From: an uncultured Cryomorphaceae bacterium | GTDB taxonomy: Bacteria; Bacteroidota; Bacteroidia; Flavobacteriales; Schleiferiaceae | Reading direction: 5' to 3' | NCBI GenBank assembly: GCA_963976435.1 | Contig: CAXBKQ010000005.1 | Coordinates: forward strand, 22,511-46,510 | DNA: 24,000 bases | Shown: positions 1-7,681 of the stretch, piece after piece | How positions within the stretch are numbered: position 1 is the stretch's first letter | How the letters are laid out: each line of letters begins with the position of its first letter | Notes under the pieces: generated by a model | Database searches by the model: none | What the model saw: the letters and a program-made list of their open reading frames with translations, nothing else | What the model was told of the DNA's origin: nothing | Program-made: the position numbers and the translations under genes

Positions 1-119
1 GGTTGACTATAGGTGATAAAATGAACCTGATGTCCATTCTCCGCCAGATATTTTCCTAGCTCTGTGGCCAAAACTCCACTACCACCAAATGTGGGATAAC
101 ATACTATTCCTACTTTCAC
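1..119 (-). CDS. bshA: N-acetyl-alpha-D-glucosaminyl L-malate synthase BshA (bacillithiol biosynthesis glycosyltransferase). This is the 5' end only; the gene runs off the window start.
   Basis: This ORF is too short to appear in the ORF track, so I translated it by hand. Minus strand from GTG at 119..117 gives [40 protein letters not shown]. That is the characteristic BshA/GT4 N-terminus (IxCYPxxGGSGxxATELGxxLAxxGHxxHFIT), recalled from memory. An in-frame stop lies upstream at 146..144, so GTG is the only plausible start. Confidence 0.75.
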   Translation of the reverse strand, partial: MKVGIVCYPTFGGSGVLATELGKYLAENGHQVHFITYSQ

Positions 120-143
120 AATTGCTCTCTTTCTTGGATAATA

Positions 144-800
144 TTATTTTAACTCTCCCTTTTTATACTTCTCTGTTTTTTCCAATTCCCCCTCCTCATT
201 ATAATAGGTCCACTTACCATGTTTTTTTCCATCCTTATAGTTTCCTATTAGCTTAATTTTTCCATCCTCATAAAACTCTTTATAAACTCCTTCTTTTTTA
301 CTATCCTCATAAATGGAAATACTCTTTACACTTCCACTTTGGTAAAAGTTTTTAGCTTCTCCTTCAATTTTACCATTTACATAATTATACTCAGTAATAG
401 GCTGACGATCTCCAGCCTGAAAAAACCAAATACCCTTACCGTCCTTTACACCATTTTTATAATAAGTTTCCTCTTGGATAGCTCCAGACTTGTAATACTT
501 TTGATGTATTCCATTTAACTGGCCATTTACATAATTACTCACCTGAATTTTTCGGCCATTGGCCTGATAGCTTTTTACGGTTCCATTTCTTTTACCAGCA
601 CTGTAAAACTCCTCTAAAACCAAATCACCTTTATCGGTAAAAACCATTTTAATCCCATCCAATTTACCATCTTTATAGGTACTTAAAAATTGAATCTGAC
701 CATTGGGGTGTTTGGTGAAAACAATACTGTCTGGTGTAAGGGTTTGCCCGAATAGGCTAAGGCTCAATATCAGTAAGGCTAGGGATAATAGCTTTTTCAT
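144..800 (-). CDS. Secreted MORN-variant repeat protein. Databases often auto-annotate this family as 'YwqK family antitoxin'.
   Basis: The start is trimmed to M9 (ATG 800..798), giving a classic signal peptide MKKLLSLALLILSLSLFGQ. It is followed by about 7.5 tandem modules of roughly 24 aa of the form Y-x-(D/N)G-K-x-(D/N/E)G-x(5-6)-(Y/F)-x-x-G. Examples are YKDGKLDGIKMVF, YVNGQLNGIHQKYYKSG and YKDGKKHGKWTYYNEEG. Confidence 0.8.
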   Translation of the reverse strand: MKKLLSLALLILSLSLFGQTLTPDSIVFTKHPNGQIQFLSTYKDGKLDGIKMVFTDKGDLVLEEFYSAGKRNGTVKSYQANGRKIQVSNYVNGQLNGIHQKYYKSGAIQEETYYKNGVKDGKGIWFFQAGDRQPITEYNYVNGKIEGEAKNFYQSGSVKSISIYEDSKKEGVYKEFYEDGKIKLIGNYKDGKKHGKWTYYNEEGELEKTEKYKKGELK

Positions 801-3705
801 TTTTAATGGCATTATAAATTGCATCTTGTATTCTAGTTCGTGTGGACAAACTTAAGAGTTTTCTATTCTCTGCATCAGGAAAAACTCTATTGGAAAGAAA
901 AATATATACCAATTCCTCATCTGGATCCGCCCATGCTAAAGTTCCCGTAAATCCACTATGTCCAAAACTAGATTTTGAAGCTAAGTCGCTCGCTGGTCCA
1001 GGGCCTTCAATTTGGGGTTTGTCAAAACCTATTCCCCTTCGGTTTTTAGTTTTACAATATTGACAACGAATAAATTCCTGTACAGTAACCGAATCAAAAT
1101 ATCTATGCCCTCCATATTCACCATAAGCCATATACATCTGCATCATTTTGGCTAAATCATTGGCATTGGAAAACAAACCAGCATGTCCGGCTACACCACC
1201 TAACATGGCCGCCCCTTGATCGTGAACATTTCCTTTTAAGGTTTGCTTTCTAAATGTTTTATCATTCTCTGTTGGCACCACTAGATCTGAAGCAAAAAAA
1301 TCAAGAGGTCTGTAGGTCATTGTATAAGCACCAATGCTATTGTAAAATTCCTTCCTTACAAGGTCTTCAATTTTTTCTCCTTCTATATCTTCAATTATTT
1401 GCATTAAAAGATAATAGCCCAAGTCGCTGTATTTATATTCCTTTCTTGTCAATAGTTTAGAGTCCAATATTCTTCTTAATATAGTATCCCTCATGGATCT
1501 CCTGCCATATAAATCTTTGGCAACTACTAAGGGGAAATCAAAACTCCTTTTGCTGGAATAAAAGGCGTCATAAGTCTCAGGTTTTATTGTTTCTACATAA
1601 AAGGGAATCCAGGGTTTTAGTCTTGCCTGATGAGCAAAAATCTCCCTTAAAATCAAATTCTCCTTATTGGTGCCGATAGCTTCGGGTAGATAGTCTGATA
1701 ATTTTTTGTCTAAATCCAATTTCCCCTCCTCTGTTAGCTGCATTAAAAGAGGAACGGAAGCAGCCATTTTGGTAATAGAAGCTAAATCATAAATATCATA
1801 AAGGCTCACCTTTCTTTTTTTACTATAAGTATGATGTCCAAAAGATTTTTGATAGACCACCTTACCTTTTCTAGCTACCAAAACCTGGCAACCCGGTGTT
1901 GCTCTGCTGGCAATTGCCTCTTTTACCAGCTCATCAATTTTTTGAAGTTTCATAGCATCTAAACCCACTTCTTCTGGAATGCCATAACCCAATCTTTTTA
2001 AGGACTTAGTTTTTAGTCCAAATCCAAGCTCATATAAGTCCGTGCTGGTTACCGGCAATTCACCTTGAGAACCTTGTGCACCAAAAATTATTTGTGCTGC
2101 AATACTTTCTGATGCAGGATGGTTTTGATAGCTTATCATTAAACCTTTGGCGAAATCTGTTTCCGGAAAATATTTTAAGGAATAGGGATTGGCGAATAGA
2201 TTTACGATCAATTCATTTTGGAGGGCAATTTTTTTAACAAAATTTCGGATTCTCGAAGAAACTTTATAAGATTTCCATGGATTTTTATTGGAAGTATAAA
2301 CTCCTACAATCACCAAGTCATAATCTGCCAATTTACTAAGTAATTGAGCGTCAGATTGCTTTCCATAGAGAAAGTGATCTACCTCAGCATAATACTTAAG
2401 AGTTTTATGGAATTCGCTTCCTATATCTACCCCAGCTGTAATACAGGCGATTTTTTTGTTTTCCAAATTTTGGATGGGAATAAGGTGATCTCTATTCTTT
2501 ACAATGGTAATGGCCTTGCTATAAATATTTCGTGTAAGAACATCGGCTGAAACGGGATTTATATCTTGAACAAGAAATTCGGTGTCTACATACTTTTTTA
2601 CTTCCAAACCCATCCAGCTTTTAGCTGTCAATATTTTAAATACCCTCCAATCTATTTCCTCTTCTGTAATTTTTCCAGCATTTATGGCTTCCTTAATTTT
2701 TAAGATGGCTGTTGGAACATCCTGAGAAAAAAGTAAAATATCATTACCCGCCAAAAGGGCCTCTACATCTACTTCCCCTGGTGGGTATTTATTGGCTACA
2801 CCACCCATGTTTAAGGCATCCGTAAATACCAAGCCATTAAAATTCATCTTCTTTTTAAGATAATCAGCGATCACCTTTTTAGAAAGAGAGCTAGGTTTGG
2901 AGCTAGCATCCATGGCTGGTACATTTAAATGCGCAGCCATTATTGAACCCAGACCATGATTTATCAATTCCCGATAGGGATAAAGCTCTACACTATCCAT
3001 TCTGGCCATGGACTGGTTTACACTAGGTAATGTTTTATGAGAATCTTTGTCGGTATCACCATGTCCAGGAAAATGCTTGGCGCAAGCCAAAATATGTTTA
3101 TCCTGCATACCACACATATAGGCATCTGAAAGCTGACTAACATTATAGACATCCTCACCAAAGGACCTGGCATTTATAATAGGATTATTGGGATTAGTAT
3201 TAATATCCACTACCGGCCCAAAATTGATGTTTACACCCAGTCGTTTACAATGATTGGCAATTTCTTCACCCATTTTGTAGGCAAGATCATTGTCTTTGGT
3301 GGCTCCAACGGTTAATGGCCATGGAAGTTTATAGCTACTATCAATTCTCATTGCCAGTCCCCATTCGGCATCCATGGCTATCATTAGGGGTAATTTACTG
3401 GCTCTTTGAAAATCGTTGGTAAGCTTGGCCTGCCTTATGGGTCCACCTTGGAAAAATATTAAACCACCGATATGATGGTTTTCTATAAGATTTAATATTT
3501 CCTTTTTATGGGCTGCACCTTTATTGGAATAGGCAGCAATCATAAAAAGCTGGCCTAATTTTTCATCCAAGCTCATCCCTTTTAATTTTGAGGAAGCCCA
3601 GGCGGTATCGCCATTCCAAATAATCGAATTCATGGATCTGTCCTGAGCATGGAGACCAAGGAATGCCAAGGAAAAAAGAACGATAAAAATCTTAAATGAA
3701 TTCAT
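757..3705 (-). CDS. Exported bifunctional-looking enzyme. The N-terminal part is a GH3 beta-N-acetylhexosaminidase (NagZ-type). The C-terminal part is a serine beta-lactamase/PBP-fold (class C/AmpH-like) hydrolase.
   Basis: Signal peptide MNSFKIFIVLFSLAFLGLHAQ. The NagZ-subfamily signature KHFPGHG-x4-DSH is present as KHFPGHGDTDKDSH (aa 210-223). The GH3 nucleophile context is GLVFTDAL. The C-terminal domain carries S-x-x-K (ASITKMAA, Ser643, about nt 1777-1779), a Y-S-D element in place of YxN (YKYSDLGY), and an HSG element in place of KTG (FGHSGFTGT). Confidence 0.9.
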   Translation of the reverse strand: MNSFKIFIVLFSLAFLGLHAQDRSMNSIIWNGDTAWASSKLKGMSLDEKLGQLFMIAAYSNKGAAHKKEILNLIENHHIGGLIFFQGGPIRQAKLTNDFQRASKLPLMIAMDAEWGLAMRIDSSYKLPWPLTVGATKDNDLAYKMGEEIANHCKRLGVNINFGPVVDINTNPNNPIINARSFGEDVYNVSQLSDAYMCGMQDKHILACAKHFPGHGDTDKDSHKTLPSVNQSMARMDSVELYPYRELINHGLGSIMAAHLNVPAMDASSKPSSLSKKVIADYLKKKMNFNGLVFTDALNMGGVANKYPPGEVDVEALLAGNDILLFSQDVPTAILKIKEAINAGKITEEEIDWRVFKILTAKSWMGLEVKKYVDTEFLVQDINPVSADVLTRNIYSKAITIVKNRDHLIPIQNLENKKIACITAGVDIGSEFHKTLKYYAEVDHFLYGKQSDAQLLSKLADYDLVIVGVYTSNKNPWKSYKVSSRIRNFVKKIALQNELIVNLFANPYSLKYFPETDFAKGLMISYQNHPASESIAAQIIFGAQGSQGELPVTSTDLYELGFGLKTKSLKRLGYGIPEEVGLDAMKLQKIDELVKEAIASRATPGCQVLVARKGKVVYQKSFGHHTYSKKRKVSLYDIYDLASITKMAASVPLLMQLTEEGKLDLDKKLSDYLPEAIGTNKENLILREIFAHQARLKPWIPFYVETIKPETYDAFYSSKRSFDFPLVVAKDLYGRRSMRDTILRRILDSKLLTRKEYKYSDLGYYLLMQIIEDIEGEKIEDLVRKEFYNSIGAYTMTYRPLDFFASDLVVPTENDKTFRKQTLKGNVHDQGAAMLGGVAGHAGLFSNANDLAKMMQMYMAYGEYGGHRYFDSVTVQEFIRCQYCKTKNRRGIGFDKPQIEGPGPASDLASKSSFGHSGFTGTLAWADPDEELVYIFLSNRVFPDAENRKLLSLSTRTRIQDAIYNAIKNEKAIIPSLTDIEP

Positions 3706-3915
3706 AAATTTTCAGATGTATTCAGCTAAAGTAAAGAGATATTAAGGCCATTATTAAGGATAGGTTAATAATTATTCAATAGTGATTTGTTGATAGATAT
3801 TTAGGTACAATCATTGATCTAAATTTAAAAGACAAGAATCTTCTTTCCCTTTTATTTTTTCTGCTTATTTTTAGAAAACGCTAAGAAGGGGAAACTCTTA
3901 TTTGACTTAAAAATT

Positions 3916-3923
3916 TAAATTTG
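3916..3923 (+). promoter_or_regulatory. Candidate Bacteroidota sigma-A -7 box (TAnnTTTG) for the small-ORF/mutL operon.
   Basis: TAAATTTG is a perfect match to TAnnTTTG. It lies 6 nt upstream of ATG 3930, in the AT-rich 224-nt divergent intergenic region. I saw no convincing -33 TTTG at canonical spacing. Confidence 0.3.
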
Positions 3924-3929
3924 CAAACT

Positions 3930-4205
3930 ATGGAAGCACCAAAACTCCCCACAATATTTAAAAATCAAGGATCTAGAGGTTTTGATTATCAGCCTATGTA
4001 TTATGATGCTGAAAAAGAAAGAAGAGATGAACTTGTGCGTCGTTTTGAAGGAAAGGACGCCGAAAGGACGAAGGAGTCTTTCAGAACTAAAATGGCTTCC
4101 GATTGGGGAAGTAGAAGAGGTGGACAAATCGGGAACTCCAATTATAGAGTGCTCGCCATCGTTGCTGGATTATTAATTATCACCTATTTTATCTTATTGA
4201 ATTAA
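3930..4205 (+). CDS. Small (91 aa) charged protein with a C-terminal transmembrane anchor; function unknown.
   Basis: The ORF track begins at TTG 3921. I prefer ATG 3930 (MEAPKLPTIF...). The body is rich in K, E and R, and ends in the hydrophobic segment YRVLAIVAGLLIITYFILL. Its stop overlaps the mutL start (TAATG at 4203-4207), which suggests translational coupling. No family was recognised. Confidence 0.5.
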   Translation: MEAPKLPTIFKNQGSRGFDYQPMYYDAEKERRDELVRRFEGKDAERTKESFRTKMASDWGSRRGGQIGNSNYRVLAIVAGLLIITYFILLN

Positions 4206-6031
4206 TGCCTGACATTATTCAACTTCTTCCCGATAGTGTAGCCAATCAAATTGCCGCCGGGGAAGTGGTTCAAAGGCCAGCATCTGCTATAAAGGAATTG
4301 CTGGAAAACAGTGTAGACGCCGGAGCTACAGAAATAAAACTCATTGTAAAAGATTCTGGAAAAACCCTTCTTCATGTAATTGATAATGGTAAAGGGATGT
4401 CTGAATCTGATGCTCGTATGTCTTTCGAGCGCCATGCTACTTCCAAAATTAAATCTGCAGAAGATATTTTCGAAATTCAAACCAAGGGATTTCGTGGTGA
4501 AGCTTTGGCCTCTATCGCCGCGGTAGCTCAAGTGGAATTGAAAACCAAACAAGAAGGTCAGGAATTAGGAACCATTATTAGAATTGCAGGAAGCTCAGTA
4601 GAAAATCAAAAGTTTGGTAATACTCCTAAGGGCACTTCCATAGAGGTGAAAAATCTCTTTTATAATATTCCGGCCCGAAGAAATTTTTTAAAATCGAATA
4701 ATGTTGAACTAAAGCATATTATCGATGAGTTCGAAAGGTTGGCCATCCCTCATCATCATATTCACTTTTCTTTTTACCACAATGGAAGTGAGCTTTTCAA
4801 CCTTCCTTCAGCGCCATTAAGACAGAGAATTGTAAATGTTTTTGGGAAAAAATTCAATGAAAAGCTTGTCCCAGTAAATGAAGAAACAGCAATTTTAAAA
4901 CTTAGTGGATTTATAGGTAAGCCTGAATTCTCCAAAAAAACTAGAGGTGAGCAATTCTTTTTTACGAACAATAGATTTATAAAAAACAACTACCTACACA
5001 AAGCAGTATGCACAGCATTTGAAGGATTGATGAGTGAAGATAGCCATCCCTCCTATTTTCTATTTCTGGAAATTGACCCCTCCAAAATTGATGTAAATAT
5101 TCACCCTACCAAAACAGAGATAAAATTTGAAGATGAAAGGGCGATTCATACCATTATTAGAACTGCAGTAAAACACGCTTTAGGCCAATACAATATTTCC
5201 CCGAGTTTAGATTTTGAGACTGATCAACAATTTAATATTGCGCCACCGCCCATGGGTAGTCATATTGAAGCTCCAGGAATAACCGTGGATACTAGTTTTA
5301 ACCCCTTCAATGATAGGCGAAAATCAAAAGTTGGCTATAGTTCCCTTCAGGCCTCCGGAAAGCCCAGTGAAAATCAAGATTGGGAGAGTTTGATGAATCA
5401 AATTCCAGAAATTGGCAGCGACTTGGAGCAGCAATCCGAATTGGGATTGGATGATGGATCCATGGTAGAAAAAAAATACTACACCCAAATTGCCAAGAAA
5501 TATATTTTCACCAATCACGGCGAAGGTATTATTATGATTCATATCCAAAGGGCTCATGAAAGAATATTGTTTGAAAGATTTAACAAATCCCTGAAAAGCC
5601 ATAGTAGCGCTAGCCAGCAGCTATTATTTCCACAAACCTTATCCTTTAATTCATCAGATTTTAGCCTCATTAAAAATCTCTTGCCCAAATTGGTTTCCCT
5701 TGGCTTTGATGTTGATGAATTTGGAAAAAATGAGTTGATAGTAAATGGCATTCCATTAGAAATGGAGGAATCTTCCCTAAACTCTATTTTTGAGCAGATT
5801 ATAGAAAATGAAAAAGACTTTAATTCTAAAGCTGAAGAAGCACAATTAGAATATATTGCCAAAATAATGGCCAAAGTGTCAGCTTTAAAAACTGGCAAGA
5901 AAATGGAGCAAAGGGAAATGCAGCAATTGGTAGACGAATTGTTTGCCTGTTTAAGTCCAAATATCAGTCTTGGAGGAAAAGCAGTAATAGTAAATTTAGG
6001 ACTTGCAGATATAGATAAATCATTTAATTAA
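4205..6031 (+). CDS. mutL: DNA mismatch repair protein MutL.
   Basis: The N-terminal GHKL ATPase motifs are present: IAAGEVVQRPASAIKELLENSVDAGA, VIDNGKGM and GFRGEALASI. The C-terminal dimerisation domain carries a QxLLxP clamp-binding-type motif (QQLLFP, aa 471-476). Confidence 0.95.
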   Translation: MPDIIQLLPDSVANQIAAGEVVQRPASAIKELLENSVDAGATEIKLIVKDSGKTLLHVIDNGKGMSESDARMSFERHATSKIKSAEDIFEIQTKGFRGEALASIAAVAQVELKTKQEGQELGTIIRIAGSSVENQKFGNTPKGTSIEVKNLFYNIPARRNFLKSNNVELKHIIDEFERLAIPHHHIHFSFYHNGSELFNLPSAPLRQRIVNVFGKKFNEKLVPVNEETAILKLSGFIGKPEFSKKTRGEQFFFTNNRFIKNNYLHKAVCTAFEGLMSEDSHPSYFLFLEIDPSKIDVNIHPTKTEIKFEDERAIHTIIRTAVKHALGQYNISPSLDFETDQQFNIAPPPMGSHIEAPGITVDTSFNPFNDRRKSKVGYSSLQASGKPSENQDWESLMNQIPEIGSDLEQQSELGLDDGSMVEKKYYTQIAKKYIFTNHGEGIIMIHIQRAHERILFERFNKSLKSHSSASQQLLFPQTLSFNSSDFSLIKNLLPKLVSLGFDVDEFGKNELIVNGIPLEMEESSLNSIFEQIIENEKDFNSKAEEAQLEYIAKIMAKVSALKTGKKMEQREMQQLVDELFACLSPNISLGGKAVIVNLGLADIDKSFN

Positions 6032-6783
6032 TGTTTCAAAGAGGAGGAATTAGTGTTTTACCGGAAGTGATCAAAAATTTATTGATCATTAACGCCTTGT
6101 TTTTTGTGGCCAGCCTTATAAGCTTAGCTACTTCCAATGGAGCAACAAATTTGAATAGCATTTTAGGATTATACAATCCTGCATCTCCACATTTTCAGCC
6201 CTACCAAATTGTAAGTCACATGTTTATGCATTCCAATGTGGATTTTACACATTTGTTTTTCAATATGTTTAGCCTTTGGATGTTCGGTACCAATCTTGAA
6301 AATTTTTGGGGAGGAAAAAGATTTTTGATCTATTATATCGCCACAGGAATTGGAGCAGGCTTACTATATGCTCTGTTTAATTATATAAATGCACAATTTT
6401 TTATTGCTCCAGATCTTATCAATAATTACGGACTTAGCTCCGCTGAACTATCCAGACTTGTAGAAGAAGGATCTAATGGCAATAATTATATTCAACCTCT
6501 GAGAAGTTATCTAGCCAGCTTTAATATGCCAATGGTAGGAGCTTCGGGGGCGGTTTATGGAATATTGCTGGCCTTTGGTATGATGTTCTCAGAATCAAAA
6601 ATCCACCTCTACTTCCTCTTCCCAATTAAAGCCAAATATTTTGTTGCCGGATTAGGAGCTCTCCAATTGTTTAGTGCTATCCAAAATGATCCAAATAATA
6701 ATGTAGCTCATATAGCTCACTTAGGTGGAATGCTGATCGGATACATTTTAATTAAGTACTGGCAAAAGAAAAATTGGCGATAG
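6031..6783 (+). CDS. Rhomboid family intramembrane serine protease.
   Basis: Polytopic membrane protein. Motifs seen are HMFMHSNVDFTHLFFNM (H-x4-H-x3-N type), catalytic Ser in GASGAVYG, and catalytic His in AHLGGMLIG. The start overlaps the mutL stop (TAATG at 6029-6033). Confidence 0.9.
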   Translation: MFQRGGISVLPEVIKNLLIINALFFVASLISLATSNGATNLNSILGLYNPASPHFQPYQIVSHMFMHSNVDFTHLFFNMFSLWMFGTNLENFWGGKRFLIYYIATGIGAGLLYALFNYINAQFFIAPDLINNYGLSSAELSRLVEEGSNGNNYIQPLRSYLASFNMPMVGASGAVYGILLAFGMMFSESKIHLYFLFPIKAKYFVAGLGALQLFSAIQNDPNNNVAHIAHLGGMLIGYILIKYWQKKNWR

Positions 6784-6789
6784 CTGAAT

Positions 6790-7680
6790 ATGGCAAGTTT
6801 AAAAGACAAAATAGAACAGCTTTATAAAGATGGTGATGCCATGATCAAATTGATCTTCATCAATGTAGCCGTTTTTGTGTTTTTTTGGTTTTTAGCCCTT
6901 CTCGACTTTTTATTCAAAATAAATACTTCTGGTGCCTTTGAATATTATACGGTTTTGCCAAGCAACCTTTCGGAGTTTATCTTTAAACCTTGGACCCTCT
7001 TTACCTATATGTTTAGGCATGCTGGTTTTGTTCATATTCTCTGGAATATGCTCTTCTTCTATATTTTCGCCAGGACCTTCATTACTTATTTAGGTGGTAA
7101 AAAGTTATTTAGCACCTTTATCCTCAGTGGTATATCAGGAGGAATCCTGTACATGCTTGCCTATAATATTTTTCCAGCCTTTTCGGATGTAGTGGGAGTT
7201 TCAAACAATAGAGGTGCTTCTGGAGCCATAATGGGTGTGGCGGTAGCCATTGCCACCTATGCACCACATGCAGAAATAAGCCTTCCTTTTAATATTAGGA
7301 TTCGCTTATTGTGGATAGTTCTTTTTTCAATTGTTAAAGATCTCGTGTTTTTTCCTGAAGGAAATAATGCGGGTGGACTTTTAGCACATTTTGGTGGAGC
7401 CATTTTTGGATATATCTCCATTCGTCAATTTCAAAAAGGAAGGGACTTAACTAGTGGTTTTGATAAGTTTATGGATAGCATTGCGAATTGGTTTAAGCCA
7501 AAATCTAAAATTAAAAAGGTGTATTCCAGTGGGAACAAGTCTAGATCAAATAGCACGGCTGTTCGAACTAATAAGGACCAGGAAAGGGTAAATGAAATTT
7601 TAGATAAAATTAGTCGCTCAGGCTATGAGAGTTTGTCTAAAAGTGAAAAGGACTTTTTATTTAAATTCGGAAAGGACTGA
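6790..7680 (+). CDS. Second rhomboid family intramembrane serine protease, with a roughly 70-aa basic/helical C-terminal tail.
   Basis: Motifs seen are YMFRHAGFVHILWNM, GASGAIMG (Ser) and AHFGGAIFG (His). The tail is KPKSKIKKVYSSGNKSRSNS...VNEILDKISRSGYESLSKSEKDFLFKFGKD. The gene starts 6 nt after the first rhomboid. Confidence 0.85.
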   Translation: MASLKDKIEQLYKDGDAMIKLIFINVAVFVFFWFLALLDFLFKINTSGAFEYYTVLPSNLSEFIFKPWTLFTYMFRHAGFVHILWNMLFFYIFARTFITYLGGKKLFSTFILSGISGGILYMLAYNIFPAFSDVVGVSNNRGASGAIMGVAVAIATYAPHAEISLPFNIRIRLLWIVLFSIVKDLVFFPEGNNAGGLLAHFGGAIFGYISIRQFQKGRDLTSGFDKFMDSIANWFKPKSKIKKVYSSGNKSRSNSTAVRTNKDQERVNEILDKISRSGYESLSKSEKDFLFKFGKD

Positions 7681-7681
7681 T

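Noticed and set aside
144-824. Possible toxin-antitoxin component, because MORN-variant repeat proteins are often auto-labelled 'YwqK family antitoxin'.
   Set aside because: The protein has a cleavable signal peptide. It is built only of MORN-like repeats. No toxin-like partner is adjacent: its neighbours are a GH3/beta-lactamase-fold enzyme and bshA. I treat it as an exported repeat protein and not as a TA system. The extra 8 N-terminal codons in the ORF track (801-824) were also dropped in favour of the signal-peptide Met.
842-2550. + strand ORFs 842..1063, 1254..1460 and 2344..2550, opposite the GH3/beta-lactamase gene.
   Set aside because: They are antisense to a 982-aa CDS with clear catalytic motifs. 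They show no independent coding signals.
4202-5898. Antisense ORFs within mutL (4202..4552, 4774..4989, 5324..5602, 5554..5898), plus the alternative-frame 3982..4176 and antisense 3915..4127 ORFs over the small upstream gene.
   Set aside because: All lie inside or opposite strongly supported genes. They have low-complexity or hydrophobic junk-like composition and match no recognisable motifs. This is typical of spurious ORFs in AT-rich DNA.
7625-7681. Longer N-terminal extensions offered by the ORF track: 7625 for the EEP gene, 22449 for the cargo gene and TTG 3921 for the small ORF.
   Set aside because: The extensions overlap the upstream gene or intergenic promoter DNA and add non-signal-like residues. 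The internal Mets give a proper basic N-terminus plus transmembrane helices (MAKAKKRS...), a proper signal peptide (MKKLLVFIF...), or an ATG start.
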